Positions 11,201-23,108 of a DNA stretch of 64,000 bases are shown one piece after another (position 1 is the stretch's first letter; each line of letters opens with the position of its first letter). The translations under genes were made by a program, and so were the position numbers. This stretch comes from an uncultured Pseudomonadales bacterium (GTDB lineage Bacteria > Pseudomonadota > Gammaproteobacteria > Pseudomonadales > CAZYQX01): NCBI GenBank assembly GCA_964649985.1, contig CAZYQX010000006.1:11839-75838 (forward strand). Direction: 5' to 3'. The notes beneath the pieces were generated by a model. It made no database searches, was not told where the DNA came from, and saw nothing but the letters and a program-made list of their open reading frames with translations.

Positions 11201-11943
11201 ACGAAAGCCCCCTTGCCGCGGGACCTGGCTGGCAAATCGAAATCCGCGACTCCGGCATGGGCATGAATGCGGAGCAGTTGAGCCAGTTGTTTGAGCCCTT
11301 CAACCGACTGGGCGCAGAAAAGCTCGGCATCGAAGGCACAGGTATTGGCCTTGCGATCACCCAGCGACTTCTCCAGCTGATGCATTCTGATCTACAGGTC
11401 GAAAGTAAGTTGGGACAGGGCAGTCGTTTCTGGTTCACACTGCCGTCTGCCGAACCGGCCATGAACATAGAGCCTTTAGCGGCGCCAATAGACAGCTTTT
11501 TTGAGACCACAGCTGTAACCGCCCGCACCGTTCTCTACGTGGAAGATAACGCCACCAACCTGTTTCTGGTAGAGAAGCTGCTGCGCCGGCTACCCGGCGT
11601 AACATTGCTATGTGCCAGCACGGCCGCCGAAGGGCTGGCGTTGGCAGAGGCCACCCCGCCAGATCTGCTGTTACTCGACATCCAGCTACCCGACATGAAC
11701 GGCTACCAGCTGCTGCACCAACTGCGGCAACGCCCCGCCACACAACATACCCCCGCCATTGCGCTCAGCGCTAATGCCATGCCCAAGGACATCGCTATGG
11801 GGCTGGAAGCCGGTTTCGCCGAATACATGACCAAACCCCTGCAGGTCACGGCTTTCCTGACGAGCATAGGCCGTGCCTTAGCGTGCACGGTGAAATCCAC
11901 CGCCGACGCTGAGAGTACTCATCAGCCCAGCGAGGTCTGCTAA
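8290..11943 (+). CDS. Multi-PAS/GAF hybrid sensor histidine kinase
   Basis: Three PAS/PAC repeats, GAF-like segment, FLSSMSHELRTPL, NLLSNAIKYN, GTGIGL, C-terminal REC LLDIQLPDMNG. Confidence 0.92.
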   Translation: MPVAEAPQQRAHLWVVRATACTPSGLWDMLRAWGFEISFHDLPPQCEADRACVVIYELANAEQARALCLQQQAPKTKHPWIALCDPVDTEALTALVLAGMSQHHCPALADALLRQIGSTKALQLLGDQPPLVALLGGEQIPGLEAALEQQGLQCQNRCSLSDWLGLVRETAPALMIVVGNSNTQALSHIMYAARQQHRRRLNLSAIIWTDDTAPGEDLLEASDLLLRQSEHSNAEMAALLARRAWRGVRESAFRRHDQQLERCGNQWLMAREHLLVTLTDINGKRIYVSEKLCERTGYSAAELLGQSVEVITHMADIPSIRSTLSHQHSWNGMLETVAANGEQILFETHVIPLLNELGEVHQYLGLLTDVTESHRLQQQALQQNNELQSILDAIPAMVLQKDRQGKIIRVNQTAAQVMASQREQMEGRAVDDVFTRPDNHRLSDNIILEHRTPVNNIIDQHIHPDGRTVWMRTDKTPLLGPDGEVSSIVSCVFDVTEQQRTLAALAESAERLHRSQSYAQVGTWDWDLQTQEVHISEEYASVCGLPPGTKTIHKSALVERMPPEDHQVMIQTFLGHQNSGEQQPRFEADHRLIMPDGSLRWVQQRGNLLRDNDGRPLRLMGICQDITRRKLAEAEAERQSQLLAVLHTAASRYVESLQAEETSSFLISALLKLTGSSFGFIAEVLPNEHEAPALRIVAAGALDPEENVHCEKLIGKRLASHDAFVQQIMVQSPALLASAEAECVQEIGKALPAFKQFMGIPIFRESALVGMLAIANRDGGFSEALVDFLAPFCSTCGVLIHASQMEHSRQAQQLALRQAKEDAESANRAKSNFLSSMSHELRTPLNAILGFAQLMDPEQLASEQRTYVQQIEQAGWHLLELINDVLDLARIESGRLQLQQDAIALDELLRECTTLVKPLAEQHGVDLRYVSPPAGGYLAGDRTRIRQILINLLSNAIKYNRRGGWVDLKVDESPLAAGPGWQIEIRDSGMGMNAEQLSQLFEPFNRLGAEKLGIEGTGIGLAITQRLLQLMHSDLQVESKLGQGSRFWFTLPSAEPAMNIEPLAAPIDSFFETTAVTARTVLYVEDNATNLFLVEKLLRRLPGVTLLCASTAAEGLALAEATPPDLLLLDIQLPDMNGYQLLHQLRQRPATQHTPAIALSANAMPKDIAMGLEAGFAEYMTKPLQVTAFLTSIGRALACTVKSTADAESTHQPSEVC

Positions 11944-12053
11944 GCAGCTGGCGAGCACAGGCCTAGCGCAGCGTTGCTCGCCGGCGTTGCGCTAGCGCTC
12001 AGATCACGGTGGCCGCCGAGTTTGGCGCGCGGCTTGGCCCAGCCCCACCCTGA

Positions 12054-12722
12054 TCAGGGCGCGTCGACATCGGACGAGTTAGCCACTGCACCCGGGGCAC
12101 CCGCCTTGTCGGACAAGCCCTGCAGCAACCACTCCAGCGGCGCCTGTAAGCGATCCCCCAAGGCGGCCTGCCCAAGCGCTGGCCAATGGGTGGCAACATG
12201 CGGAAACGCTGAGCAGACCCCGCCCTCAAACGCAGGCAAACGCCCGGCCAGGTGCCTTGAGAACGAAGCTTCCAGGCTGGCCGCGCCAATCACACACTGC
12301 ACCATGGCCAATTGAGCCTGCAACGCCAGAGACGGGCTGAAGCCATCCCGCATCATCACCACGATGCCCTGTTCCAATACCTGCAGTGCATGGGGGCCTA
12401 ACCTGACACGGCCAAACAAGGCAACCCAGCCAGGCTCGGCTTGCAGGGCCGTGTGCATGTGGCGTGCAACATGGCGCATCCACGCCTGCCAATGCATGTC
12501 TGAAGCAGGCAACACATCCGCCTGTTGAATAAAGCGATCCAACATGGCGGCTTGCAGGGTGTCCCAATCCTTCACGTGCCGATAGACGGCCATCGGCGTC
12601 ACGCCCAGGGCTGAGGCAATACGGCGTATGCTGAGCTGCTCAAATCCGTGTTCCCGCGCCAGTTGCAGACCGGTTTCGATCAACAGCTCAAGGGACAAGG
12701 CGCGCTTTACTGGCCGGGACAC
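12054..12722 (-). CDS. TetR/AcrR-family transcriptional regulator with TetR_C-like domain
   Basis: HTH LSIRRIASALGVTPMAVYRHV; start overlaps the P450 stop. Confidence 0.92.
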   Translation of the reverse strand: MSRPVKRALSLELLIETGLQLAREHGFEQLSIRRIASALGVTPMAVYRHVKDWDTLQAAMLDRFIQQADVLPASDMHWQAWMRHVARHMHTALQAEPGWVALFGRVRLGPHALQVLEQGIVVMMRDGFSPSLALQAQLAMVQCVIGAASLEASFSRHLAGRLPAFEGGVCSAFPHVATHWPALGQAALGDRLQAPLEWLLQGLSDKAGAPGAVANSSDVDAP

Positions 12723-14512
12723 GATGCTGCCTTCTCGCTATTGAGTGATGGCCCATTGTAAGCGCAGCAGGGTGCACACTCGAAGGCTAGCGGCATCGCC
12801 TTCAGGGTCCTGGCAAACATGCTGGCTTCAAAGGGCGTATCCCCCCGAATGGCAAAGCGGGTGGTACGCGCCAGCAGCCTAGTGATGACGATGCGGATCT
12901 CCATCCGCGCCAGCTCCCGGCCAATACACGCATGCACCCCGTGGCCAAAGGTGAGGTGTTTTTTTAGGTTGGGCCGGTCGATGTCGAACTCATCCGGCCG
13001 CTCCCAGAAACGCTCGTCGCGGTTGCCCGAGGCCCACATCAGGAATACCCGGCTGTTGGCGGGGATTTTCACCCCGTGCAGTACACTATCTCGCGTGCTG
13101 AGGCGAAAATGGCCTTGAAACGCCGCCTCGGTGCGGAAGACCTCTTCGATGAAATCTGGGATGCGCTCGGGCTCCCGGCGCAGCCGCTGCTCGATCTCAG
13201 GGTGCAATGCCAGCATGCGGATGGCATTGCCCATGGAGCTGGCCGAGGAGTCGGAGCCAGCGATCAGCAGCTGTAACATGATGGAGACGGCCCGGGCGTC
13301 GGTCATCACACTCTGCGGGTCTTTGGCCTGGCGCACCAACAAGCCGGTGAAGTTGTCGCCGGGTGCTCGCTGGGCCATCTGGTAGTGCCGCCACAGGTAG
13401 CGCATGAACTGGGCACTGGCACAGCCGGCGCGCAGCGACTCCGGCCCCCGCACCACGCCGCTGAGCTGGCGAATGCCAATCTCACACCAGCGTTTGATTT
13501 GGGGATAGTCCTGCTCCGGCAGCCCAAGCAGGCGAATGATCAGGCGCATCGGCAAACGCCAGGCGAAGTCCTGAATGAACTCCACCCTGCCCCGGGCCAG
13601 GAACTCGTCCATCATCTCGTCGCATAGCGCCACCACTTCTGGCTCCAGCGATTTAACGAAATGGGCATTGAAGCCGGTGTGGGCAATTTTGCGCTCTTGA
13701 CCATGAATGGGAGGATCTTGCAGCGCCAACACATCTGCGGGCAGGACGCCCCAAAGCCCCAGGCGCTCGGCCAAAGAGGGGCCAGTACGGTCCGGATCGC
13801 GGGGGCGGCCAGTAACCAGAATTTCGGTCAGATGCGACGAGAAACCCTCGGTATCCCTGGCCAGGGCGACGATATCCTCATAGCGGGAAATATTGAAGAA
13901 ATCCGTACCTGGCAGCTGGTACACAGGAAAACGATCCCGCAACAAGCGGTAGTAAGGGTAAGGGTCGGTGAAGTTATGCCTACTGAGGGGCTGAAAGTCC
14001 TCGGGCCGCTGAGGATCGAGAGGCGGAATGGGCGCTGCTCGGCGCGGTCGCGGCGGCGCGTGCAGCGCGCGCCAGGTCGCCCATCCCAGCAGCAGCTCGA
14101 TCGGTGCTAACAAGCCGTGCACCGACCACAGCGGCACGCCCAGGGCAAAGCCCAGCAGTCGACCGGCCGCCGAGCCCCAGGCCAGGGCGATCACCACCCA
14201 CAGCCCGGCGCGGCGCCCCTCGGGCTGACCGGCCAAGGCCACCAGCACCATGCCCAAAGCCAGCAGAAAACTGCCGTAGTAAGCGCGGATGTCGCCCAGC
14301 GCCACCGCCGACAACTGGCGGAAATCAAACACCTCGGCCATCGCTTGCGGGGCCAGCAGGAAAGCAGCCCCCGCCAACACACAGACCAACCCCACCCACA
14401 GCAACAGGCGAGACGGGCCGCGCACACCGATATACCAAGCCAGCAGCCGCATAGCCGCTTCAAAGGCCCAGGACGCCAGCCACCGGCGGGCATGAAACAG
14501 GAGATTAGCCAT
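12707..14512 (-). CDS. Cytochrome P450 with N-terminal DUF4345-like membrane domain
   Basis: Heme motif FGHGVHACIG (12920-12949), ExxR (EEVFR), I-helix LIAGSDSS; N-terminal about 150 aa has several hydrophobic helices and DIRAYYGSF...GRLLG. Confidence 0.88.
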   Translation of the reverse strand: MANLLFHARRWLASWAFEAAMRLLAWYIGVRGPSRLLLWVGLVCVLAGAAFLLAPQAMAEVFDFRQLSAVALGDIRAYYGSFLLALGMVLVALAGQPEGRRAGLWVVIALAWGSAAGRLLGFALGVPLWSVHGLLAPIELLLGWATWRALHAPPRPRRAAPIPPLDPQRPEDFQPLSRHNFTDPYPYYRLLRDRFPVYQLPGTDFFNISRYEDIVALARDTEGFSSHLTEILVTGRPRDPDRTGPSLAERLGLWGVLPADVLALQDPPIHGQERKIAHTGFNAHFVKSLEPEVVALCDEMMDEFLARGRVEFIQDFAWRLPMRLIIRLLGLPEQDYPQIKRWCEIGIRQLSGVVRGPESLRAGCASAQFMRYLWRHYQMAQRAPGDNFTGLLVRQAKDPQSVMTDARAVSIMLQLLIAGSDSSASSMGNAIRMLALHPEIEQRLRREPERIPDFIEEVFRTEAAFQGHFRLSTRDSVLHGVKIPANSRVFLMWASGNRDERFWERPDEFDIDRPNLKKHLTFGHGVHACIGRELARMEIRIVITRLLARTTRFAIRGDTPFEASMFARTLKAMPLAFECAPCCAYNGPSLNSEKAASCPGQ

Positions 14513-14524
14513 ACTCAGGCCTCG

Positions 14525-14562
14525 ATGTATACACCATATACACATGTATACACTGTATACAT
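14525..14562. promoter_or_regulatory. Tandem 19-bp palindromic operator, probably bound by the TetR protein
   Basis: ATGTATACA-C-TGTATACAT (14544-14562, perfect) abutting degenerate ATGTATACA-C-CATATACAC (14525-14543), 13 bp upstream of the P450 ATG. Confidence 0.75.
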
Positions 14563-14577
14563 TGTGCCGACAAGCCC

Positions 14578-16323
14578 TCAATGCCCGGCGCGCACCACCT
14601 CCTCCATTTGCTGGTAGCGCCAAGTGTGCGCATACCACCCCCCGGCAGCCAGCAATGCCTCGTGGCTACCACGCTCCAGCAGCTGGCCATGCTCCAGCAC
14701 CAGGATCAGATCCGCATCCTCCACGGCCGATAAGCGGTGACTGACGATGACCCGGGTCAGCCCCCGGCTGGCCTCGTTCAAGTGATCGAGAATGCGCCGT
14801 TCAGTGGCGGCATCCACCGCAGACAGGGCATCGTCCAGCAACAGCACTGGCGCCCCCATCATCAACGCCCGTGCGATCCCGACCCGTTGCTTCTGCCCAC
14901 CCGACAATGTCACGCCGCGCTCTCCTACACGGGTCCGATACCCCTCGGGGAAACGCCGGATATCATCATCCAGGGAGGCCAGCTGGGCACAGCGCTCCAC
15001 CTCGCTAGGCGACGCGCCCGGGCACCCCAGGGCGATATTCTCGGCAATGCTGGTGGAAAACAGGAAGGGGTCCTGAGGGACTACCGCCATCAGCCGGCGC
15101 AGGGCATCCAGGCGGTAGTGCTGCAATTGTTCACCCCCCAGATGAATCTGAACGCCGGGTGCCTCGTAGAGCCGCAGCAGCAGGTTCAGCAGGGTGGTCT
15201 TGCCGGCCCCCGTGGGCCCCACGATACCCAGGGTAGCCCCTGCCGGTAGCTGGAAGTGGATGTTCGCCAGTGCCGGGGGCAGCTCAGCGCGGTAGCGGAA
15301 ATCACTGATATCTACCCGCAGGCTGGCTTCGGCCAGCGTCTCCCGCTGCCCATCGTCCTGCATGGCAGGCGGCGTGTCCAACAACTCATTTATGCGGTTG
15401 TAAGCGGCGCTGCCGCGCTCCACCAGGCTCATCAGCCAGCCGTAGGCGAACATGGGCCAGATCAGTTGGGTCAGATACATGGTGAAGCTGGTGAGCTGGC
15501 CGATGCTGAGTTCGCCGCTATGGATCAGCCAGGCACCCCCGGCCACGCTGAGGCCAAAAGAGGCTCCCACGGTGAGCGAGATCACCGGGTCATAACGGGC
15601 ATCCACCCGCGCCACCGCCAGGTTGGCGCGCGAAGTGTCCGCCGCAATAGCGGCAAAGCGCTCGGCCGCCAGCGCCTCCTGGCCGAAGGACTTCACCGCC
15701 CGAATACCACCCACGTGTTCCTGCACACAGTCATTAAGCCGACTGAACTGCGCCTGAGCGCCATCGAAGGCCACGTGCAACTGCTCGCCAAACTGGTACA
15801 TATACCAGGCCATCACCGGCCAGGGCAGCAAAGCCAACAGCGTCAGTTTCCAGCTGAACACCAGGCTCATCACGCCTAGCACCAGGGCGCCGGTGAGCAC
15901 ACCGTCAAACAAGGTAAGCACCCCCTCCCCGGCCAATAATTCCACAGCGGTGACGTCATTAGTGGCCCTGGCCATCAGATCGCCGGTGCTCCAGCGTTGA
16001 TAGAACGCCGGGGACTGGCGCAGCAGTTGCTGATAGATGCGCTCCCGCAGCACTACCGCCAGCCGGTAAGACGTGCCATAGAGCACGCTGCGCCAACCGT
16101 AGCGCAACACATAGACCAGCACGGCGGTGGCGGCAATACCGCCGCTGGCCAAGGCCAGTTCACGCCCATCCAGCGTGCGGGCAGCCACGCCATCCACCAC
16201 GTAGCCCACCACCGCCGCGGGCACCAGATTGAGCACCGCCACACAGCTAAGCATGGCCACGGCAATGCCATAGGCGCGCCAGTGCTGGCGGAAATACCAA
16301 CTGAGGTTGAGAAAGGCTGTCAC
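14578..16323 (-). CDS. mdlA: Multidrug-type ABC transporter, fused permease/ATPase, MdlA-like
   Basis: TGDLMARATNDV, GEGVLTLFD, Walker A GPTGAGKT, LSGGQKQR, LLDDALSAVD. Confidence 0.88.
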   Translation of the reverse strand: MTAFLNLSWYFRQHWRAYGIAVAMLSCVAVLNLVPAAVVGYVVDGVAARTLDGRELALASGGIAATAVLVYVLRYGWRSVLYGTSYRLAVVLRERIYQQLLRQSPAFYQRWSTGDLMARATNDVTAVELLAGEGVLTLFDGVLTGALVLGVMSLVFSWKLTLLALLPWPVMAWYMYQFGEQLHVAFDGAQAQFSRLNDCVQEHVGGIRAVKSFGQEALAAERFAAIAADTSRANLAVARVDARYDPVISLTVGASFGLSVAGGAWLIHSGELSIGQLTSFTMYLTQLIWPMFAYGWLMSLVERGSAAYNRINELLDTPPAMQDDGQRETLAEASLRVDISDFRYRAELPPALANIHFQLPAGATLGIVGPTGAGKTTLLNLLLRLYEAPGVQIHLGGEQLQHYRLDALRRLMAVVPQDPFLFSTSIAENIALGCPGASPSEVERCAQLASLDDDIRRFPEGYRTRVGERGVTLSGGQKQRVGIARALMMGAPVLLLDDALSAVDAATERRILDHLNEASRGLTRVIVSHRLSAVEDADLILVLEHGQLLERGSHEALLAAGGWYAHTWRYQQMEEVVRAGH

Positions 16324-16412
16324 GGGATGGGGCTCCTGAGCAAAGAATCAGCCCGTATGATGGAGGCACAGAACGTATCCACCCGGCATACCAGGGTATG
16401 CAGGGGTATACG

Positions 16413-16436
16413 AAAAAGGGCGGCCAATGCCGCCCT
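16413..16436 (-). terminator. Rho-independent terminator after argG
   Basis: Minus strand AGGGCGGC-attg-GCCGCCCT followed by a T run. Confidence 0.75.
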
Positions 16437-16454
16437 CCTTCACTCAGCCACTGC

Positions 16455-17669
16455 TCAGAGCAGCTTGCGGCCCTTGCCGGCAGCAATGCGCATGCGCAGG
16501 GCGTTGAGCTTGATGAAGCCCTCGGCGTCCTTCTGATTGTAGGCGCCGCCGTCGTCTTCGAAGGTGGCGATGTTCACGTCGAACAGCGAGTCGTCGGATT
16601 GACGGCCGGCCACGATCACATTGCCCTTGTACAGCTTCAGACGCACCACACCGTTGACGTTCTGCTGGCTGTAGTCGATGGCCTGTTGCAGCATCTGGCG
16701 CTCGGGGCTCCACCAATAGCCGTTGTAAACCAGGCTGGCATAGCGCGGCATCAGCTCGTCTTTCAGGTGAGCCACTTCGCGATCCAGGCACAGGCTCTCG
16801 ATGGCGCGGTGGCCCTTGAGCAGGATGGTGCCACCGGGGGTCTCGTAGCAACCGCGGGACTTCATGCCCACGTAGCGGTTTTCCACCAGGTCCAGACGGC
16901 CGATGCCGTTGGCGCCACCCACTTTGTTCAGGTGCTCCAGCACGGTGGCGGGGCTCATTTCCACGCCATCGATGGCCACCACGTCACCGTGGCGATAGGT
17001 CAGCTCGATGTAGGTGGCCTGGTCGGGCGCCGCCTCGGGGGAGACAGTCCAGCGCCACATGTCTTCCTCGGCCTCGTGCCAGGGGTCTTCCAGGATCTGG
17101 CCTTCGTAGCTGATGTGCAGCAGGTTGGCATCCATGGAGTAAGGCGATTTCTTGCCGTAGCGGTCCACCGGAATGCCGTGCTGCTCGGCGTAGTCGAGCA
17201 GCTTCTCGCGGGACATCAGATCCCACTCGCGCCAGGGGGCAATCACGCGGATGCCCGGCTTCAGCGCGTAGGCGCCCAACTCGAAGCGCACTTGGTCGTT
17301 GCCCTTGCCGGTGGCGCCGTGAGAGATGGCATCGGCGCCCACTTCGTTGGCGATTTCCACCAGGCGCTTGGCGATCAGCGGGCGGGCGATGGAGGTGCCC
17401 AGCAGGTACTCGCCTTCATAGATGGTGTTGGCGCGGAACATCGGGAACACGAAGTCGCGCACGAACTCCTCGCGCAGATCGTCGATGTAGATCTGCTTCA
17501 CGCCCCACTGCTCGGCCTTGGCGCGCACCGGCGCCAGCTCTTCGCCCTGGCCGATATCGGCGGTGAAGGTCACCACTTCACACTGATAGGTGTCTTGCAA
17601 CCACTTGAGGATGACGGAGGTGTCCAGGCCGCCGGAATAGGCCAGCACGACCTTTTTGATGTCTGCCAT
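16455..17669 (-). CDS. argG: Argininosuccinate synthase
   Basis: [33 protein letters not shown]. Confidence 0.98.
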   Translation of the reverse strand: MADIKKVVLAYSGGLDTSVILKWLQDTYQCEVVTFTADIGQGEELAPVRAKAEQWGVKQIYIDDLREEFVRDFVFPMFRANTIYEGEYLLGTSIARPLIAKRLVEIANEVGADAISHGATGKGNDQVRFELGAYALKPGIRVIAPWREWDLMSREKLLDYAEQHGIPVDRYGKKSPYSMDANLLHISYEGQILEDPWHEAEEDMWRWTVSPEAAPDQATYIELTYRHGDVVAIDGVEMSPATVLEHLNKVGGANGIGRLDLVENRYVGMKSRGCYETPGGTILLKGHRAIESLCLDREVAHLKDELMPRYASLVYNGYWWSPERQMLQQAIDYSQQNVNGVVRLKLYKGNVIVAGRQSDDSLFDVNIATFEDDGGAYNQKDAEGFIKLNALRMRIAAGKGRKLL

Positions 17670-17757
17670 AGTTGTTTCGCTCCGGAAAAGCTGATCGCGC
17701 GCAAAGTCGCACATTGTAACGCCTGTGTGCGTTACTGGCACTCGCTTGGTGATTTGT

Positions 17758-20447
<2,690 letters not shown>

Positions 20448-20451
<4 letters not shown>

Positions 20452-22778
20452 GCGCGCCCCCCGCCAAAGTGCGCCAAACATTCCCCCAGGGCGTGCAGCG
20501 TCACCGGCTTGACCAAGCACGCGTCCATGCCCACGGCCAGGCACCGCACGCGATAGTCCTCCGTGGCATGCGCCGTCAGTGCGATCACGGGCAGGTGTCG
20601 CCCCGATTCATGGGCCCGAATGCGCCGGGTGGCTTCCAAGCCATCCATAACCGGCATTTCACAATCCATCAATACCAGATCCAAGCACGGGTCCTGCTCC
20701 AGTTTCGCCAACGCCTCGGCACCATTGAGGGCACGTTCAGCTTCGTGCCCCAAGCGCTTCAAGAGGCCGCGTGTTACACACCAGTTGACATCGTTGTCCT
20801 CTGCCACCAACACGCGCAAGGATCTTGCCTCAACCACAGAGTCCCGGGGTGCTGCTTGGGGCACCTCGTTCGGGCCAACCACCGGCAGCAGAGGAATCCA
20901 GAAGTGGAAGTCACTCCCCTGCGCCATGGCACTGCTGACACCAATCTCCCCGCCCATCAAGGTCACCAATTGGCGGCAGATCGAGAGGCCCAAGCCCGAT
21001 CCCCCTAGGCGCCTCGCGCCGCTTGATTCCAACTGTTCGAAACGGCTGAATAATCTTGCCATGTCATCCGGGCGAATCCCCATACCGGAGTCGCGCACTG
21101 AAAAAATCAGCCGATCGTTCTCAACCGCCACGCTGAGGTGCACCTGTCCGCGTTCGGTAAACTTGAACGCATTGCTCACAAGATTCACCAGCACCTGCCT
21201 CAAGCGCGAGGCATCAGCCTCCACCACCGTAGGCACGCCAGGTGCCACCGACATCTCAAGCGGCACATCGCGCTCAAGGCTCTTGGTGTAAAAGATATCT
21301 CGCACATCTTTCAACAATCGCTCGATGCTCACGGAGTCACGCACCAGCTGTAATTGCCCCGCCTCAATGCGCGAATAATCGAGAATATCGTTCACCACGC
21401 CCATCAAGGCTTGGCCCGAGGTATTGATCATCCCCAAGTACTTGCGCTGGTCTTCATTCAAGCGCGAGTCATCCAGCAATTGAGCCATACCCAGCACCCC
21501 GTTCAGCGGCGTGCGAATTTCATGGCTCATGCGCGCCAAAAAATCGCTCTTGAACTGGCTGTTAAGCACGGCCCGCAAGGCCTGGCGCTCGCTCTCCTGA
21601 TCCTGCCGCCTAAGCAGCACGAAGCGGTAGCCGGCGCTCGCGGTAAATAACACCACATTGATGCCCTGCTGCATCAAGGACAGCGCCATCAAATGATCCA
21701 AGTCTGATCGGAAAAAGGCGCTGGGCAGCACTTGCAATACAAACACCGCCAAAGAAAACAAGATGGATACCGCAATAAGCATGCCCCCGATACTGACAAG
21801 CTGCCGCCAGAGTATCACCAGGCCAATGGCGGGGGTCAGAAGTAGCCCCCCGGTTAGTGCGATCAACACCAGGGTCTGCCACATTAACGGTATGAATGGC
21901 AGCAACGACAGAAAGACCGCCATGGCCATCACCTGCCCGTTCGCAGCGCGTTCAAGCCAGGGGACTCTGGTGCCGACATTCAGCATTTGAAGAACAAATT
22001 TCACGTAGGCCATGCTGGTCAGGCCAGACGCCAGGGCAATGACATACTGTTGAAAGGCAGTGGCCTCTGGCCACCAGCGGTAGCCGTAACCATAGCCAAT
22101 CGAAATCAGAAGGCCGATGCCCAACACGTAGAGTAGAAACCAGCCATAGAGGCTCTCCCGCACCACCAACCACACCAACGCAATTGCCACCGCCACGGAC
22201 AACAGTGCCCCGGTGAGCAGACCAAACCGGCCATCACGGCGTGCAACCTGATCGACAAAGTGGTTCTCACCAAACAACATCATTTTGAAACGCACTATCG
22301 CCCCGCCGGAAATGCGCAGCAGATAGTCGCGCTCCCGACCCTCAGCAAGCAGCAGGGGAATGGCAAAGTTTGGCCCCAATATTGGGCGCCGGTGGTATGG
22401 CAAGGTATCGCCCACCTCGGCTAGCCGCAGGTAGCCACGCTCCGATTTCTCAAAAAGCTCAATGCGATCAAGCAGAGGATTGCTGATCATCAAAACTGCA
22501 TGGCGATCCGAGCCCGGCGACGCACCCACCCGAAAATGCAGCCACACGGGGGCGCGCGTGAAGCCAAGGTAAACATTAATTGGATCAGCTGGAGAAAACG
22601 CACCTTGGGCATAGCGGGAGGCGGCCCCCTGAACATCCAGCTGCTCACGATCGACCAGGTAAGCGGCGCCGGGCAGCAGGCTCTGCGCCGCGCCCACCGT
22701 CAGCAACTCGGCACGTGTGCCGCCAGCAAATAAGGCACTGAGCGCCAAGAGACAAAGCCAACCAGCTCTGCTCAACAC
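20448..22778 (-). CDS. 7TM-DISM hybrid sensor kinase, copy 2 (start approximate)
   Basis: [20 protein letters not shown], 7TM region, [28 protein letters not shown]. Confidence 0.88.
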
Positions 22779-23108
22779 GCCGAAAGCCTCATTCGCTCGG
22801 CATATGTGGCAACAGCGTATCCCTGTATCACCCGTCCCCCCATCGCGACCCGCCACGCTGATGCAGAGCAGGTACTCACAACAGCATTTATTGGGCGCCG
22901 CTAAAAAGCGGCCCCCCCACAGAAAACACCACAAGACGCCAGAAACGCCGCTGACAGAGTAATGTGCTGACAGACACCCCGCGCATACACAGATCCATGC
23001 ACATACCGGGAAACGTCCAATAACCTATTGCCGCTTGTGGCTCAGCGCCAGATGTTCCCTAACATCCAAGCATAGCCCGAACATTCCTAGGCGCACGGGC
23101 CTATAGAT

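Noticed and set aside
14491-14512. Tat signal in the P450 N-terminus (ARRWL)
   Set aside because: Weak match to S/T-R-R-x-F-L and followed by multiple TM helices
14525-14562. CRISPR or tandem-repeat array
   Set aside because: Only four short units with no spacers and no cas genes; better explained as operators
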